From the NCBI GenBank assembly GCA_043739185.1, contig JAYUEN010000496.1, positions 1 to 29,130 of the forward strand: a stretch of 29,130 bases of DNA, read 5' to 3'. This DNA is from Bdellovibrionales bacterium (GTDB taxonomy: Bacteria; Bdellovibrionota; Bdellovibrionia; Bdellovibrionales; JAMPXM01). Within the stretch, counting starts at the first letter, position 1. Each line of letters opens with the position of its first letter. The position numbers and the translations under genes are program-made. The notes beneath the pieces were generated by a model, which worked only from the letters and a program-made list of their open reading frames with translations, had not been told where the DNA came from and did not search any database. Shown piece by piece: positions 27,182 to 29,130 of this stretch.

Positions 27182-28369
27182 TTACAAAATTCGGGTACAG
27201 TAGAATCCGGAATAAATATTTGAAGTGCTATAAACCCCACTAAAGCCCAGAGGTAGTCCCAACGCATAAGGCGATGTTCCTGTCAGTTGGCATTGTTGAA
27301 CAAGCTGCAGAGTAAAAAAATTGGCTGTGCTTGTAACAGTGAAGTTCGCAAGAGTCGCGGTTTCAATACCTTGATCAGCGGCTGAAGCGTAAGCAACTGG
27401 ACTAACCACACCTGGAATTGGGACTCCATCTTTATTTACTGAAATCGAAAACCCATTCACCATATAGCCGGTTGCCGAACCATAACAAACATAAGTTCCA
27501 CCAACTAATCTGAGTGGGTTAACATTCAACACATTGCAATTCGGCCCACCTACGACTCCTGCACAAGCAGAGTCAGCCAATATAGTATTGAAGGTGCGAG
27601 TAATGCCACCTCCCGAACATATGTAGCTTGGATTATTTGAAATCGGACCACTAGGAGGACCTGTCCACGGGACCTGCTCAACGACCTGAATGATATCATT
27701 TCTGGGCGTATTAACCCCTTTGACAACATGAATTTGATATTTAGCTACATTGATGCTTGAGATCGTGGTTCGAGTCGCAGGGGAGTATTCTAAAAATCCC
27801 CAAATCGTAATTTGTGGATTCAAACAAGAGGTTGTCGAAGGACAGGCAAATTGGAATCTCAATCGGTACGAAAACGGACAGGCATCATTGGGCGTAGCGG
27901 TGCTAAATCCCACACATGGTGATCCAGCATAATTAAAACCATTTGTCCCGTTGTCACTATACAAAGAAACACCTGGAGCAGTTGAGCCGTCTTGAATGGA
28001 ATCAAAGGTCGGATAACTAGTTAAAGGTGTTGCCGAGGTGGGAGTTGGCGTACAGCCATTATTTAAATCCTTATTTGCTGCGCATACAAATGCAAGATTA
28101 GTAGTGCCGCCCAATGAGATATTAACAGTATTAGCCCAAGCTTTTTTATCTGAAAGTGCGGCGCGAAGACGAGCTGCTACTTCTGTGATACTCTCTTGGG
28201 CTCTGACTTGGGATTGCATTTTAGTAATATCGGTGAACAGCATTACTACGCCAACGACAACCACTGATGAAAGGGCCGTCGTTACCGCCATTTCAAGCAT
28301 AGAAAATGCGGCATTATTTTGAACCAAGGAAAGGCATTTTTTCAGTCTTTTTCGAATGCGAAAGCTCAT
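27182..28369 (-). CDS. Type IV prepilin-like protein, paralogue of 25954..27072
   Basis: NNAA|FSMLEMAVTTALSSVVVVG. Shares DNGTNGF.YAG, CP.SYRLR, INVAKY, SP.AYAS, QQCQ and YCTR with its neighbour. Confidence 0.88.
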   Translation of the reverse strand: MSFRIRKRLKKCLSLVQNNAAFSMLEMAVTTALSSVVVVGVVMLFTDITKMQSQVRAQESITEVAARLRAALSDKKAWANTVNISLGGTTNLAFVCAANKDLNNGCTPTPTSATPLTSYPTFDSIQDGSTAPGVSLYSDNGTNGFNYAGSPCVGFSTATPNDACPFSYRLRFQFACPSTTSCLNPQITIWGFLEYSPATRTTISSINVAKYQIHVVKGVNTPRNDIIQVVEQVPWTGPPSGPISNNPSYICSGGGITRTFNTILADSACAGVVGGPNCNVLNVNPLRLVGGTYVCYGSATGYMVNGFSISVNKDGVPIPGVVSPVAYASAADQGIETATLANFTVTSTANFFTLQLVQQCQLTGTSPYALGLPLGFSGVYSTSNIYSGFYCTRIL

Positions 28370-28553
28370 AAAATAACTTTACCTTCTAATTCTCAATGAA
28401 TCAATTTAGGCTTTTCATAAAAATCATTTGTTTCGAATCGAGACGGGTCCCTAACGACGCCACCAAGCTAAAAGCATTTGAAGATTCGAAATTTCCCCAA
28501 ATTATCAATTCGAGAATGCCAATAACTGAGGCAGTATACCCAAGCCGATGCTC

Positions 28554-28583
28554 TTGACCTCGCAGGGTAGGGTTTGATAGGGT
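28554..28583 (+). promoter_or_regulatory. Possible sigma70 promoter for the tRNA
   Basis: TTGACC-N18-TAGGGT followed by a GC-rich discriminator (CGCTGC), 25 nt upstream of the tRNA. Confidence 0.4.
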
Positions 28584-28608
28584 CGCTGCTGTCCCTTTAT
28601 CTCCTAGA

Positions 28609-28685
28609 GCGGGAGTAGCTCAATTGGCTAGAGTATCAGCCTTCCAAGCTGAGGGTTGCGGGTTCGAGACCCGTCTCCCGCTCCA
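28609..28685 (+). tRNA. tRNA-Gly (anticodon TCC)
   Basis: Acceptor stem GCGGGAG/CTCCCGC plus T-CCA; D-arm TAGCTCAATTGGCTAGAG; anticodon arm TCAGC-CTTCCAA-GCTGA (TCC at 28643-28645); T-loop GGTTCGAGACC. Confidence 0.98.
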
Positions 28686-29130
28686 TTCGTCAATCTATTC
28701 GAACCAGGAGCCCAAAAAAAGTCAGATGCCTGACGGGCCCCGCCAAAAACGGCGGGGGCCTCCTCATTTTCAGAAGCCCCCTTATTATTTGATTTTTTGT
28801 CTAAAAATTTTTCTAAATGGCTGCTCCCGACATGGTAATGCAGCCGATACGAGTCCTCAAAAATTTCAATTTTATGCACGAAAGCCTGAATGACCTGCTT
28901 TCGCATATCCTCATTTTTTTGATTGAGCAATGCCTCATGAATCAATTCACAAAACTTTTTGTAGTCCTTAAGACTCGCAGGAAGATCTGTCACCTCACCA
29001 CTACACAAAATCCGTTCAAGTTCTTTTTTCGCCTGTTCCTTCACGTCCTGCAATATCTGCATTTGAGAAAATATCGGCGTTGGAGAAATGCCCTTTGGAA
29101 TTTTGCTCAAATGCTCTGCGAGCGCCCCGA
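28628..29130 (-). CDS. C-terminal part of a probable large serine recombinase/integrase (5'-partial)
   Basis: The frame is open to the window edge (GALAEHLSKIPKG...). Coiled-coil region followed by RKQVIQAFVHKIEIFEDSYRLHY, typical of LSR C-termini; reads into the tRNA antisense. The catalytic domain is not in the window. Confidence 0.65.
   Translation of the reverse strand, partial: GALAEHLSKIPKGISPTPIFSQMQILQDVKEQAKKELERILCSGEVTDLPASLKDYKKFCELIHEALLNQKNEDMRKQVIQAFVHKIEIFEDSYRLHYHVGSSHLEKFLDKKSNNKGASENEEAPAVFGGARQASDFFWAPGSNRLTNGAGDGSRTRNPQLGRLIL
28754..28798 (+). terminator. Possible intrinsic terminator downstream of the tRNA
   Basis: GGGGGC-N16-GCCCCC stem (28754-28781) followed by TTATTATTTGATTTTTT. 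Confidence 0.45.

Noticed and set aside
1644..28322. Numerous 60-136 aa ORFs nested in or antisense to the long genes (e.g. 1644..1865, 8857..9207, 10864..11196, 12363..12773, 17717..18100, 26195..26482, 28038..28322)
   Set aside because: They are shadow frames of well-supported CDSs with no independent motifs or RBS.
28624..28893. 89-aa plus-strand ORF
   Set aside because: It is a translation of the tRNA-Gly sequence and the antisense of the recombinase tail, so it is spurious.

Overview
An AT-rich bacterial chromosomal window. It is probably from Bdellovibrionota/Oligoflexia, inferred from a DUF4423/TIGR02147-type C-terminal fragment, a 'QAC-G' lipobox, many small secreted proteins and long prepilin-like proteins. 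The left third (1-11.7 kb) is an accessory patchwork: CPBP protease, SxxK serine hydrolase, HExxH protein, APC permease, orphan Hpt, alpha/beta hydrolase, GST and small secreted proteins. It also holds several gene remnants missed by the ORF track. A 121-bp palindromic MITE/REP-like element precedes the most interesting locus (12-28.4 kb). That locus has four tandem radical SAM paralogues, each with an N-terminal twitch-type Cys cluster, then five family-2 glycosyltransferases in alternating orientation (one polyprenyl-phosphate sugar synthase-like). It continues with an FMN nitronate-monooxygenase-like enzyme, a GT-C-like membrane protein and two paralogous type IV pilin-like adhesins. The window ends at tRNA-Gly(TCC), which is overlapped on the opposite strand by the 3' end of a probable large serine recombinase, suggesting the junction of an integrated element. 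All family assignments come from reading motifs by eye; no searches were run.
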